Shown here: positions 37,558 through 51,603 of the stretch, piece by piece | How positions within the stretch are numbered: the first letter of the stretch is position 1 | Layout of the letters: the number at the start of each line of letters is the position of its first letter | Assembly (NCBI RefSeq): GCF_963921235.1 | Contig: NC_086129.1 | Coordinates: 35,836,001 to 35,900,000 of the forward strand | Source: Mobula hypostoma | Taxonomy: Eukaryota | Direction of reading: 5' to 3' | DNA: 64,000 bases | Position numbers and translations under genes: made by a program | The notes under the pieces: generated by a model | Seen by the model: the letters and a program-made list of their open reading frames with translations, nothing else | Told to the model about the DNA's origin: nothing | The model's database searches: none

Positions 37558-38228
37558 TTGAGATGTAGAGTGTGGCTCTATCAAACTGTGTGTCAAGACT
37601 CAGGGGTCCTCTTACTATCTCAAATGGTAATATGCCGAAATTATTTATTGTTTTTCGACTGAAAAGTATTAAAATCAAATACTGAAACTTTGGAGCGTGA
37701 ACTATAAAATACCTGCAATAAAACTTTAATATCTGAGAAGTTTTCCTTGCCGTACTACATGGTCGAAAATAGTTATCACTAGAACTATGTAAATCATACT
37801 GCACAGAACAAAGCAATTCATCTAATTCATCCAACACACTACATCCCATTTTCCCACACGTTTCCCCAATTACTGCAAATATCTCTGACAAGCATTGGTG
37901 CAATGCAATTTTTGGAGATACTTATTGAAATCACACCTGCCCTATTCTGCCATATCTTTGATGGAAATCTGCTCCTTCTGCAGCTTGGACAGCCTTCATA
38001 AAGTCTTTCGACCATACTTAACATCAGTAATTCAATCAGTGTTTCAAAGATTCTAACATAACTTCAATCCTATATGTATTATTGAACAGGTCATTTCATC
38101 AGGCCACTGAACCTGCTAACTTTAATGTCTGCAGTGCAAGATCCGTAAGACATAGGAACAGAATTAGGCCATTTGGCACATCAAATCTGCTTCAGCATTC
38201 AATCATGGCTGATTTATTTGCCTTCTCA

Positions 38229-39456
38229 ACTATTCCACTGCCACAATAACATAATTTGGTCAGCCAGGCTGTTTTCAACTGCAGCATCTCAGTATTCTTC
38301 ATGCCCACTTTCATTCCTGACTGCAACTCAATTGTATTTCTGCGGTTTCCAATGAAACAGTGATTTCCACTGCTCATTGGAATGTAAGCTGCGCCTCAGT
38401 TAGGAGCTGCTGAGGAATACTTTCTTTTAAGATTACACAAACTAAGCAATCTCTCAGTGCATCATTAAGCCCATCATGGAAGGCAGTCTCTTCAATTCAG
38501 CCACCCATGCCAAAATGGGCTCCCCTTCTTTTTGATTCTCCTTATGAAATCTAAAGTGTTCTGCAATAAACAATGGCCTGGGTTCTCAGTGTTCCTGCAT
38601 CACTTTTATAATAGCGGCAAAACTCAGACTTGATAGTTTGGTTGGAGCAGTCAAACGTCGAAGAAAACTGTATGCCTTTAAACCCAATACATTTAGCAAA
38701 ACTGGCACTCGCTTCTCATTGGCTATTTCATTTGCATCAAAATACTGTCCCAATAGTTCAGTAAACAGTACATGAGCCATTTGAGTAATCAAACTCGTCA
38801 ATCTTTCCGAAGCTACCAGCCATTTCTGATTTTTTTTAATGCGTAGTATCACTCGCTACTCACAGTTTATGATCCCCAAATTCTTCCGTTTACTCCATTT
38901 TAAAAAAACCTCGATCGTGCGTTCCCTTCCGAAAAGCACGTGCTGGCTGCATTCGCTTTAAATTGGGCCGTCTCTCCTCACGTTGGGGTGGATTTTCACT
39001 CGACGGTGCACCTGCTGTGTTTATTTTATTTTGAACGGTTCGCTGCGCTTAACAGGTTGGTAGAGGGCTCGGGTTCGTTTTAAAATACCTAATCAGCACC
39101 GTTATGTTTTCTAACTTCAAAACTTGAAGTAATTCAAAGAAAGATACAGAGTCCGAAATATAGCTCTCGCTTTGCCTTTAAGCGAGGCGCTCTTGTATCA
39201 CGTGATAGCGTGATGACAGTCACAATTAATGCATTTTTACATGAAACCGTAATTAATTATTTAAACGAACAGGATTACTTCATCAATCTGCATATATCAT
39301 TTTATTTTATATATATACACACACACACACATATATAATAACAACACAATTATTTAAACGAACAAAATACTTAAATCAAACTATATATATATATATATGT
39401 ATGTATTTTCACACACAAGATTACTCAAGTATAATTGAAATATTAAATACAAAACA
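38229..39456 (-). mobile_element. Duplicate of the truncated Gypsy-type element, spacer 3
   Basis: Same sequence as 29062-30289, offset 9167. Confidence 0.7.
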
Positions 39457-39942
39457 ATCAAGTCTCTAGGTGCAATTAAAAGGTCAGAGAGTGAGAGTGA
39501 ATGGAATTGGAGCAAGTGCAAACAGAGTTTCTGGATGCATATAATCCAGTGTAGCAGAAAAGAAGGCATTTCGAGAGAGACAGATGCAGATTTATTTATC
39601 ACATGGTCATCCTCCATTATTTGCGTTAACACCCAACACAACCCAAGGGTGTGCTGAGGCAGCCCGCAATTGTTTCCACACATTCCATCACAAGCATCAC
39701 TGGCCCAATATGTTCCAATAAAGAACACAAGGAGCAACGACAGCAAATTAGAAGAGACAATAGCAACAAAACAAACCCCTTTTCCATCCATCTCAGTGTC
39801 ACCAACTGGGTTCAACCCTGAACTTAGACACCGTGAGATTCAGATCCATCTATTTATCACTTCTACTTCAAAACAAATGTTTGCATTAACAGCCAACACA
39901 ATCTACAGCAGCCCGCAAATGGTGCCATGCATTCCAACACCA

Positions 39943-42435
39943 GAATCAGAATCAGGTTTATTATCACTGGCATGTGACGTGAAATTTGGTAACTTAGCAG
40001 CAGCAGTTCAATACAATGCATAATCCACAGAGAGAGAGGAAAAAATAAATTAAAAAACATGATAATAAATAAACAAGTAAAACAATTATGTATATTGAAT
40101 AGATTATTAAAAAATGTGCAAAAAGAGAAATACTATATGTTAAAAAAGTGAGGTAGTGTCCAAAGCTTCAAAGTTCAGTTGAGAAATGGATGGCAGAGGG
40201 GAAGAAGCTGTTCCTGAATCACTGAGTGTGTGCCTTCAGGCTTCTGTAGCTCCTACCTGATGGTATCAGTCAGAAAAGGGCATGCCCTGGGTGCAGGAGG
40301 TCTTTAATAATAGATGCTGCCAGGAGATAAAAGATTTGAGCTATGGATAAAGAAAGGTCTTACAACCTACCTCTCATTTATAGATAAAAGAGTATTACAA
40401 AGTTTCCAAATCCTGCAGGACAAACATGGCCTAGAACATAATGACTTTTCTAGGTACCTTCAAATACGAAACTATGTTAACCAGAGTTGTAGATATACAG
40501 ACCTATCAACAGTAGAATTAGAATTTTTCAAGATTCTGAATTCGGCTTGCAGTTCAATACCTAGTAAATCAGTTTCTCGCCTATATAATGCACTCTCCTA
40601 TGCTAAAAATGTAAATACACTGTATATTAAAGAGAAGTGGGAGAAAGAAGCGGGGTTGGTACTTTCAGAGGAGGCTTGGGGGAAAATCTGCAGCTTTCAA
40701 TGGTCCTCGACTAACTCTTTGACTTGGAGAGAACATTGTTGGAAAAACATTATAAGATACTTCAAGACCCCATATCAGGAAAAATATAAAGATACAAATG
40801 TGATGTGTTGGAGAAGGTGCGGCTCCAAGGAGGCAAATCATTTTCATATTTTCTGGGATTGCCCTAAATTAAGTCTATTTTGGGAAGGTATTCATAGAAC
40901 ATTAGTTAAGGTACGTAGGTCCCAGATACCCCTGAACTTTGAGACGCTCTATTTGGGGCATGTATTGTTCCTTGAACAGAAGGAAGATATAAAGTTGCTG
41001 CAGGCCCTCTTAGCGGCAAGTAAGAAATCAATCACTAGAAAATGGCTAAATCCAATACCACCTACATTAGAAGATTGGTACGAAATTATCTTGGAAATAT
41101 TTAAAATGGAAAAGTTGACTTACTCCCTGAGAACTCAAAAAGAAACATTTTATTAAATCTGGAATAAATGGATTGAATATATAACCCCAATGCGAGCAGA
41201 CTTTAGATGACTCTCCTAATGATTTATATTGCTCTTCTCATCAACACAGTAATATTGCTAACGTAAGCACCCCTAGTCTAAATGTTTGTTGTTTTTTTTG
41301 GAAAATAGAGAATTAACACAAGTAAAGGGAAAGATTTGGTAAAGGGATAAAAAAAAATGAAAAAATTAAGTAAATAAGTACATAGGGATTGGATAATTAT
41401 GTCTGCGGGCAGGAACAAGCACGAACAAATTGGGATATAAACACCTACAATGGTTGGTATATAGGCTTATATGCAACATTTTGGACCAGTGGAAATGGTC
41501 CAGAAGGGTTGTATGGAAACTATTATTACCATTTTTCTTAACAACTAATTTCATTACTTAGCCTAATAGGTTAGATTTACCACAGTACATAAATGTTTAT
41601 TTTCCTTTTATATCATCTCAATGTGTACTTAAGAATGTATAAATAATTGTAGTTTTATACGTATAAAAAAATGGAAAAGGTTATATGTGTGAAAAAAGTA
41701 CATGATAATTGTGAATTCCTTATCCAAATAAAAATTAAAAAAAAAAATAATAGATGCTGCCTTTCTGAGACACCGCTCCCAAAAGATGTCCTGGGTACTT
41801 TGTAGGCTAGTACCCAAGATGGAGCTGACAAGATTTACAACCTTCTGCAGCTTCTTTCAGTCCTGTGTAGTAGCCCCTCCATACCAGACAGTGATGCAGC
41901 CTGTCAGAATGGTCTCTATGGTACAACTATAGAAGTTTTTGAATGTATTTGTTGACATGCCAAATCTCTTCAAACTCCTAATGAAGTATAGCCACTGTCT
42001 TGCCTTCTTTATGATGACATCAATATGTAGGGATCAGGTTAGATCCTCAGAGATCATGACACCCAGGAACTTGAAGCTGCTCACTCTCTCCACTTCTGAT
42101 CCCTCGAAGAGGATTGGTATGTGTCCCTTCGTCTTACCCTTCCTGAAGTCCACAATCAGCTCTTTCGTCTTACTGACATTGAGTACCAGATGTTGCCACG
42201 GCACCACTCCACTGGTTGGCATATCTCACTCCTGTATGCCCTCTCGTCACCACCTGAGATTCCACCAACAATGGTTGTGTCGTCAGCAAATTTATAGATG
42301 GTATTTGAGCTATACCTAGGCACACAGTCAAGTGTATACAGAGATAGAGCAGTGGGCTAAGCACACATCCGAGGTGCGCCAGTGTTGATCGTCAGCGAGG
42401 AGGATATGTTTTTACCAATCCGAACAGACTGCGGT
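39943..42435 (-). mobile_element. Duplicate of the Rex1/Babar-like LINE fragment
   Basis: Same as 30776-33268, offset 9167. Confidence 0.75.
40322..41747 (+). mobile_element. Duplicate of the nested L1 fragment
   Basis: Identical 280-aa ORF and target-site duplication, offset 9167. Confidence 0.92.
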
Positions 42436-43379
42436 CACCAACCTAACATGCCCACAACGCTCGGCAGAGCAAGACAAAACACACAAGAAACAAAACAACT
42501 ACAGCAAAACAATCCCTGTTCCTCCCTCCCACACACACAAACAAACTGTTGTCCAACCCCAGGACAGGCCTCTGGGCCTCCAGCGTCCAGTGAACTTGTA
42601 GATTCACAGACACTGGGCTTTGTTTTCCCCATTGGATTCGCAGTGGACTCAGGGCTCTGTGTGCAGTTTGCACGTTGTACATGAAGCAAAGTGGGTTTTC
42701 TTCAAATGCTCCTTTTCCTGACACACCTCAAAGTCAGACAGGTTGGTAGGTTATTGGACATTGTAAATTGCCGATAGACGGTTAGGATATGGGGAGATTT
42801 GAATGGAATGTGGGAAGAATTTAAAAATGCAGTTAATATAGTGTTAATGTAGGCTGTTGTTTGTCAAGGACTCCATTGGCCAAAGGCCTGTTTCTGTGCT
42901 GTGTGACTCTGTGACCATGAGGTCGCAGGTTTAAGCAACAGTGATTGTCTTGTGTGAATATGTTCACATGGAGAACTTTTAAGGCCTTAGCAGGTAAAAC
43001 GATACAAAATCATAGATTCTTTTATCTCAGACAGGTCCTTGTTAGGCCCAGCATTTCTGTCTAAGGAATTAATTCCAATCATCACACTTTCCACATGGCT
43101 TTACAATTTGCTTCCTCTCAATCTATCTGCGGAGGCAAGGGCAGACTCTTTCCATCCACTCCACAAATATTCATTCCAGATGCCAGCAACTCATTATTCC
43201 TACATCTCCCATCTGCTTCCTTTGCTGATGATCTCGAATCAAAGTCCTCAGGTTACCTAACCTGCTGCCAATGATGACAGACTCTCCCTGTCATTAAAAA
43301 TACCTCATCCTAAGTCCATAGAGTGATCTAATGTTACAGAGGTAATAAACCATGGCCTTTGGAATGAAAAATTAATCTT

Positions 43380-43646
43380 GAATGGAATTTGCCCTCTCAG
43401 GTTGAGTTGGAGTCATGGTGAAGGCAGCAGTTCAGAGTAACATTCTTGTTGGAAGCTCCACGTTCTCCTGGTTTTCAAGGAAAGTCCACAAGTGGAACAC
43501 AAATGTATCAACTTTGTTATCAGCTGCTGATAAGGTGCCCCTATACAGAGTGAACTTTGTTATCAGCCACTGATAAGGTGCCCTTATATAGAGTGAGCGT
43601 CTGTGGGCTGCCACACAGATCTCCTGGAAGAACGCAGCAGAAACAG
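43380..43646 (+). promoter_or_regulatory. Type-B promoter with 43-bp duplication, and exon 1 of copy 4
   Basis: Same as 34213-34479, offset 9167. Confidence 0.75.
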
Positions 43647-44455
43647 GTGAGAGGAGCCCTGACGCTCACTTTCCTCCACCCCAGCGAGCTTGCCTGCTTA
43701 TCCTTTTAACTACTCTCTATGGACAGCTTCACTGATCAGGCAATTGGTCAAGGCATAGAAACAAAAGAACAGCTTTCTATGTTTCTGTAATGTTACAGGG
43801 TATAATTAACTGGGAGTTTGATAGGTTCTTCATTAGTATGGGATCAAAGTTTATGGGGAGAATGTAAGAGAATGGGGCTGAGAGAGAAAATAAATCAGTT
43901 TTGACTGAATAGACGAGCAAATTCGATGGGCCAAAACGCTCAACTCTGCTCCTGTGATTTATGGTTTTATAACTGACATGTCACAGGCTAAATTTATGGA
44001 GGATACTTTCTCTAGCTGAAGAGTTTAGGATCCCGGGGTGGGGTCAGATTTTCAGAGTAAGGGGTGTGCCATTAAGGACATCAAAAAGAAGGAATGCTGT
44101 AAATTAGAGGTCAGTCGGTCTTTGGAAGTCTGGAGGGCTCAGCCCCTGAGCTCATTCAAAGCAGATATGGATATATTTCTGGTTGCCTTGGCACCTAGTG
44201 ATATTAATACAGTGCAGGAAAATGGTGGTGAGCTCAAAGATCAGCTTTGATCTCAATAACTGAACAGGTTCAAAGGGCTGGATGCTGACTCCTTGTTTAA
44301 CAAATATAGTTCAGAAGGGGGCCGTAATAAGCAGGTAGATTTTGCATGTGGGTTTAAACCCTGGACTAACTCTGATCATTATTTCTTTCCACAGATTGAC
44401 TGCAAAGGGATACAGAAATAATCTGCCATACTCAATATCATTTGAGAACACCACC

Positions 44456-44504
44456 ATGTTTCCCAAAGCAATCCTCCTGCTTCTGGCTGCTGCCTTTCTC
44501 ACAG
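44456..44504 (+). CDS. APOA4: ApoA-IV-like copy 4, exon 2
   Basis: Same as copy 3 exon 2. Confidence 0.9.
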
Positions 44505-44942
44505 GTATGCGATTCAAATATTCCTGTTCTCTTATTCTGGGACGATGACTGGGTTTTATTGCCATTTCCAGTCTTCAAAGGTGGTTCTTGATTGACCTTG
44601 GACTCACTAGCTTCACTTCACTGATGTGCACCTGATTTTAGCTCTGATCTGAATTCTGGAGCCCCTTGCATTGTCCATTCCTCCACACATCAGCTCCTGG
44701 GTGCAACTTGTTCCTCCCCTTACAAGGTTTGTTTTAAGTCCCCTTTACAAATAATCAAATAATCAAAGACCTGGGATTTTACTCAACGACTCATTCAGCT
44801 ACAGTATGCCCCCAAAGAGGAGTGATCAGCAAGATACAGAGTGAAATCTTGTTACGCATCATTTGGTTGAATGAACAGTAGATGTTGTGGAATGTTCCTG
44901 CTGTGTTCCTACTCTGATCACCTCAAATTTTCCTTCCCATAG

Positions 44943-45069
44943 GCTGTCAGGCTGAGATCAATGGAGATCAGATTCGAGATGCCTTCTGGAATTACATCAG
45001 CCAAATGACTGAGGAAGCCCAGGATAGTGTCGAGCTGATCCAGAGCTCAGAAATCGGACAGCAACTCAA
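44943..45069 (+). CDS. APOA4: ApoA-IV-like copy 4, exon 3
   Basis: Same as copy 3 exon 3. Confidence 0.9.
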
Positions 45070-45823
45070 GTGAGCATTTGGGGTTTTAATGGGTACTAAG
45101 AATAGATCAGCAACGTCTATTGAGCAAGGAGCTGGCCAGGCATGTCTTAGGACTGGAGCACTGCAACAGTCCGAGAGTTTCTTTACAATTATTTTATAGA
45201 ATCTGATCCTCACCAACATTATTGTCCAGCTCTCTTTGTTAATTGACCAGTTTAAGATGCCAGTGAAGTCTCAACTATGGACACAGATTTCCTTCCCTTA
45301 AGGACATTATGGACTTCTATAATAACACAGTCAATCTGCTATAACAAGAGTGATATTTTGAATTCCAGATGTATTATTTATCTACTCTAATGTAAGTGTT
45401 TTTCACGAGGAGCTGAATTCATTATTTCAGATTAATCGTCATGGTTTTGTAGATTGGTTTTACCAGGAACATAACCACTGTGCTGTAATATTAAAGTGAA
45501 GGTTCCTCAGCAAGTTTAAAAACAAACAAGAATGAGAATAAATGATAAAAGGGGTAAACTCATCAGGGCTTGTGGAACAGATACCCAGCAAAACTTAACA
45601 GATAGGTAATAATAAATTGAATGAAAACTATTGTGTGACTCACATCCTCCCTCTGCAATGAACATCTACAGTTATCCTTAGAAGATTTTGTGATCCAAAA
45701 TGTCCTTTATAAGCTCTCCTTTCCAGTGTACATTTGTTTCAGAACCAGCCTTGTACGTAGCTCTGTCTAAATGTACCTCTTTCCTGTAACGAGAATAAGA
45801 AACAACTGTCTCTTCTTTTCCAG

Positions 45824-46724
45824 TCACCTTATTCAGGATAATCTGCAGACTGCCAATGACTATGCTGAGGATCTCCGACAGAAGTTGGCTCCTTACACCG
45901 ATGGTCTTCATGAGAAGATGACAGTCGACATTGAGAGCCTTCGCCAGCAGATAAGAGAACAGCTGGAAGACCTGAGGGAGAAACTTGCTCCCTTTGCTGA
46001 TGGAGTTCATCGGAAGATCAGCAGGAACATTGAAGAATTTCATCAGAAGTTGACCCCTTTTGCTGAAGACCTGGGCCAACAGCTGCGTAAGAATGCAGAG
46101 GAACTTCGGCAGAAGTTGACTCCCTTTACTGAAGAGCTACAGGCCAGATTGGAAGTGAGCACAGAGAACCTGAGGGAAGTCCTGACTCCCTACGCTGAGG
46201 AGCTCCAGATGAAGATTGATGAAAACATGGACACCCTCAGGCAGGATGTGGCTGCCAAAGCTGCTGAATTCCGCTCCAGGTTTAATAAGAATGTCCAGGA
46301 GCTTCGCAATAGCTTGGCCCCCTATGCCAAGGATGTCCAGATCAAGATGAACCAACAAATTGGAGAAATGTCCCAGATGGTTGAACCATATGCCGAGAAG
46401 CTCCAGGCAAAAGTCAATGAGCATGTGGATGTTCTGAACCAAAGGCTGAACCCTTACATCGTCGAACTGAAGGCTAAACTTAACGAGAACATGGACCAGA
46501 ACCTGGGCCAATTCATTGAAAATTTCAACACCAACGTTAACCAGGGAATCGAGGAGTTCCATCAGAACCTGGCTCCCTACACTGAGCAGCTGAAACAAAT
46601 CATCAGTCAGAATGTGAAGGAGATGCAGGACAGACTTGTCCTGAATGGAGGTAATGTTCAGCAGGATCTTCAGACCCAGCTCACCAATTTATGGGGCAAC
46701 TTCTGGCAGCATCTGCAGAACTAA
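45824..46724 (+). CDS. APOA4: ApoA-IV-like copy 4, exon 4
   Basis: Translation identical to copy 3; AATAAA at 46884. Confidence 0.92.
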
Positions 46725-47395
46725 TTGAGATGTAGAGTGTGGCTCTATCAAACTGTGTGTCAAGACTCAGGGGTCCTCTTACTATCTCAAATGGTAATAT
46801 GCCGAAATTATTTATTGTTTTTCGACTGAAAAGTATTAAAATCAAATACTGAAACTTTGGAGCGTGAACTATAAAATACCTGCAATAAAACTTTAATATC
46901 TGAGAAGTTTTCCTTGCCGTACTACATGGTCGAAAATAGTTATCACTAGAACTATGTAAATCATACTGCACAGAACAAAGCAATTCATCTAATTCATCCA
47001 ACACACTACATCCCATTTTCCCACACGTTTCCCCAATTACTGCAAATATCTCTGACAAGCATTGGTGCAATGCAATTTTTGGAGATACTTATTGAAATCA
47101 CACCTGCCCTATTCTGCCATATCTTTGATGGAAATCTGCTCCTTCTGCAGCTTGGACAGCCTTCATAAAGTCTTTCGACCATACTTAACATCAGTAATTC
47201 AATCAGTGTTTCAAAGATTCTAACATAACTTCAATCCTATATGTATTATTGAACAGGTCATTTCATCAGGCCACTGAACCTGCTAACTTTAATGTCTGCA
47301 GTGCAAGATCCGTAAGACATAGGAACAGAATTAGGCCATTTGGCACATCAAATCTGCTTCAGCATTCAATCATGGCTGATTTATTTGCCTTCTCA

Positions 47396-48621
47396 ACTAT
47401 TCCACTGCCACAATAACATAATTTGGTCAGCCAGGCTGTTTTCAACTGCAGCATCTCAGTATTCTTCATGCCCACTTTCATTCCTGACTGCAACTCAATT
47501 GTATTTCTGCGGTTTCCAATGAAACAGTGATTTCCACTGCTCATTGGAATGTAAGCTGCGCCTCAGTTAGGAGCTGCTGAGGAATACTTTCTTTTAAGAT
47601 TACACAAACTAAGCAATCTCTCAGTGCATCATTAAGCCCATCATGGAAGGCAGTCTCTTCAATTCAGCCACCCATGCCAAAATGGGCTCCCCTTCTTTTT
47701 GATTCTCCTTATGAAATCTAAAGTGTTCTGCAATAAACAATGGCCTGGGTTCTCAGTGTTCCTGCATCACTTTTATAATAGCGGCAAAACTCAGACTTGA
47801 TAGTTTGGTTGGAGCAGTCAAACGTCGAAGAAAACTGTATGCCTTTAAACCCAATACATTTAGCAAAACTGGCACTCGCTTCTCATTGGCTATTTCATTT
47901 GCATCAAAATACTGTCCCAATAGTTCAGTAAACAGTACATGAGCCATTTGAGTAATCAAACTCGTCAATCTTTCCGAAGCTACCAGCCATTTCTGATTTT
48001 TTTTAATGCGTAGTATCACTCGCTACTCACAGTTTATGATCCCCAAATTCTTCCGTTTACTCCATTTTAAAAAAACCTCGATCGTGCGTTCCCTTCCGAA
48101 AAGCACGTGCTGGCTGCATTCGCTTTAAATTGGGCCGTCTCTCCTCACGTTGGGGTGGATTTTCACTCGACGGTGCACCTGCTGTGTTTATTTTATTTTG
48201 AACGGTTCGCTGCGCTTAACAAGTTGGTAGAGGGCTCGGGTTCGTTTTAAAATACCTAATCAGCACCGTTATGTTTTCTAACTTCAAAACTTGAAGTAAT
48301 TCAAAGAAAGATACAGAGTCCGAAATATAGCTCTCGCTTTGCCTTTAAGCGAGGCGCTCTTGTATCACGTGATAGCGTGATGACAGTCACAATTAATGCA
48401 TTTTTACATGAAACCGTAATTAATTATTTAAACGAACAGGATTACTTCATCAATCTGCATATATCATTTTATTTTATATATATACACACACACACACATA
48501 TATAATAACAACACAATTATTTAAACGAACAAAATACTTAAATCAAACTATATATATATATATGTATGTATTTTCACACACAAGATTACTCAAGTATAAT
48601 TGAAATATTAAATACAAAACA
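47396..48621 (-). mobile_element. Third copy of the truncated Gypsy-type element, spacer 4
   Basis: Near-identical to 29062-30289; one (TA) unit shorter and at least one substitution. Confidence 0.7.
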
Positions 48622-49804
48622 ATCAAGTCTCTAGGTGCAATTAAAAGGTCAGAGAGTGAGAGTGAATGGAATTGGAGCAAGTGCAAACAGAGTTTCTGGA
48701 TGCATATAATCCAGTGTAGCAGAAAAGAAGGCATTTCGAGAGAGACAGATGCAGATTTATTTATCACATGGTCATCCTCCATTATTTGCGTTAACACCCA
48801 ACACAACCCAAGGGTGTGCTGAGGCAGCCCGCAATTGTTTCCACACATTCCATCACAAACATTACTGGCCCAATATGTTCCAATAAATAACACAAGGAGC
48901 AACGACAGCAAATTAGAAGAGACAATAGCAACAAAACAAACCCCTTTTCTATCCATTCACCCATTCACACACCCTGACAGGCCTCCAAACCCAGAGTAGT
49001 TCACCCTTGGGCCTCCAGGCCTTGTCTCTGGATTCTCAGACTCACAGGCATCGGGCCTCCAACTTCAGACTTCACAGGACACTGATCATAGGTTTGACCT
49101 TCAGACCTCAACTTCCAGACTTGCACAGATTTCTCACCCTGGTAACCCGTGTCTTCATGATTCCTTTGGACTCCCATGACTATTTTGAGCCCCTACTTCT
49201 ACCTTCAGGCTTATAACTTTGGTTTTTCCCTCGGTACTTTGCCGGGTTTGAACCTGGAGCTTCTACTTCCACGTCAGTGGAATTTTCCATATCTACTGCT
49301 ATATCAGAGTCATGGGTTCCCACCCTAAATACATCATTGATTTTAAGTGGTGTTCAGCTTTGAGCACCAGAGAACAGAATAATTCTTCAGGCAAGTTGCC
49401 CAGAGCCAAGTCCATGACACTGGTCACGACTCAGCCACATGAGTTGAAGGTAGAAAGGGCACAAGCCCATAGTGACGGTTAATTTAAGACTTAGAAGGTC
49501 AGATTGGGATTTCTGCAGTCATAAATGTGATCACAGTTTGACGTCTCAACTCACTTGTGCCAAAGCTAAGGACAGACTCAGGCAATAATATCCTGTTAAT
49601 TCTCCCAGGCCGTTCTGTTGTAGCCAAAACATTGTGAAGCAGCCTAATCCTAGAGAGAAGGTCCATAACACTCGCCAGTGTAAATCAAGTAGTTTTTCAA
49701 TATAAAGAAGGTTTCTCCTTCTGTTACCCTTTTGGACAGCGAGTTCGAGACACTTAACACCCTCGAGGTGAAAACCATTTCTCATCTCCACTCTTTGCCA
49801 CTTT

Positions 49805-51600
49805 GAGGAACAGAATAAAATAGGCTCAAGTCAACATAGATTCCTTAGGGGGAAACGTTGTCTGACAAATCTGTTGAAATACCAGGCAGAATAGACAAAG
49901 AGCATGTGGTATTACAGAAAAGGTACTAGCATGGACAAAGATTGGCTGACTGGCAGTGGGGTAAGATTGGGATTAAAGAGGTGCTTACTGGTTGGCTGCT
50001 GGTGTTCCACAGGGGCCGGTGTTAGGTTCACTATGTGAGATGCCAATGATATGGATGACAGAATTAATGGCATTGTGGTAAAGTTTGCAGACAAAACAAT
50101 AATAGGTGGAAGATGTAGACAGTGTTGAGGAAGGGGGAGTCTGCAGAAGGATATGGACTGATTGGGAGAATTGGCAAAGAAACAGCAGATGGAATATAGT
50201 GTAGGGAAGTATATGATCATGCACATTGGTAGAAGGAATAAAGGCGTAGACTCATTTCTGAATGGAGAGCAAATTCAAAAATCAGAGATGCACAGGGTCT
50301 TTAAGAGTGCTAGTGAACGATTTCCCCAAAAGTCAATTTGCAGCTTGAGCTGGTAATAAGGAAAGCAAATGTAATGTTAGTAGAAAGAGGACTAGAGTAT
50401 AAAGACAAGAATGTAATATTGAGGCGTTCTAAGTCATGTATCAGATGGCAAGCTGGAATATTGAGCTGCTTTGAGCCCCATATCTAAGAAAGGATGTCAG
50501 GGAGCCATTGTCGAGGGTCCAGAGAAGGCTTACAAAAATGAACCCAGGAATGAAAAGACTGACATGTGATTTGTTTGATGGCTCTGGGCCTGTATCCACT
50601 GCAGTTTAGGAGAATGTGTGGGACATCATTGAAACCAACCCAATATGGAAAGGAGCAGATAGGGTGGACATTCAGGGCATATTTCCAATCTACTTAAAGC
50701 AGAGGTATTAGTGGTGGACCAGTCGAATCGGGGAGGGGGGGGAGAGGGAGCTTTGCACAGGTCGTGGAGAAGAGTTTTTTTAAAAAAGGAGCATTTTGCA
50801 GAGCTCGGCACATTAGCGGCAGACCAATCGATTCACGATTCATTAGCAGGAGCAAATAAAAGTAAAGCAGGGTCAAAGTGGAGCAGCCATTGTGTGAGGA
50901 GACCAGTGAGGGAGTGGGAACTTGAAGCTTTGGCGAGGAGGCGCAGCTAAGTAGCAAGTAAGGCTTTTGTGGTGGTTGAATAAAAGGTCACTAAATTACA
51001 GCTAATTAAATAAATGGATGATGCAGGATCAGGTGATGTGCTGTAGCTGCATGATGTGGGAGCTGGTGGACCTCATTGTGGTTCCTGGTGATCACGGCGA
51101 ATGTCACGCCACTGTTCAGAAAAGAATGCAGGCAAAAGGCAGGTAACTATAGGCCAGTTAGTTTAGCATCTGTAGTTGGGAAAATGTTGGAAGTTATCAT
51201 TAAAGAAGAAATAGCGAGGCATCTGGGAAGAAATGGGTCCATCAGGCAGACGCAGCATGGATTCAGCAAAGGCAGGTCCTGTTTGACAAACTTGGTCCTG
51301 GTCTTATTTCTTATGATATGTACTTAATTAATAAGACTGCCTTAGATTATGGGGAGAAGACACAAGAATAAGTTGAGGTGGAAAATGAATCAGTCATGAT
51401 CAAGTGGAGAAGGCCCAATGGACTAATTCCATTCTGAGTCTTAAGGAAATTCCTTTTTCGCTACCCTATGTACTTGTGCAGAGAACTTCAGTAAACTCTG
51501 CAGCACTGGTGCCTTGCATTGACTGCATGTGACCTGCACTGGCTTGATGGTGCAAAATACACTTGCCGTTCCTCGCCCTATTTCCTGACTAGTCAGATAT
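49805..51600 (+). mobile_element. Cluster of degraded CR1-type fragments
   Basis: Decayed RT/C-terminal remnants at 49805-50680; ANVTPLFRK..GNYRPVSLASVVGKMLE..QHGFSKGRSCLTNL at 51090-51295. Confidence 0.7.
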
Positions 51601-51603
51601 TTT

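Larger units (their letters stand above)
27955..48858. repeat. Near-perfect tandem segmental duplication with a 9,167-bp period (about 2.3 units)
   Basis: ORF track recurs at exactly +9167 (27437/36604/45771; 31147/40314). Confidence 0.95.
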
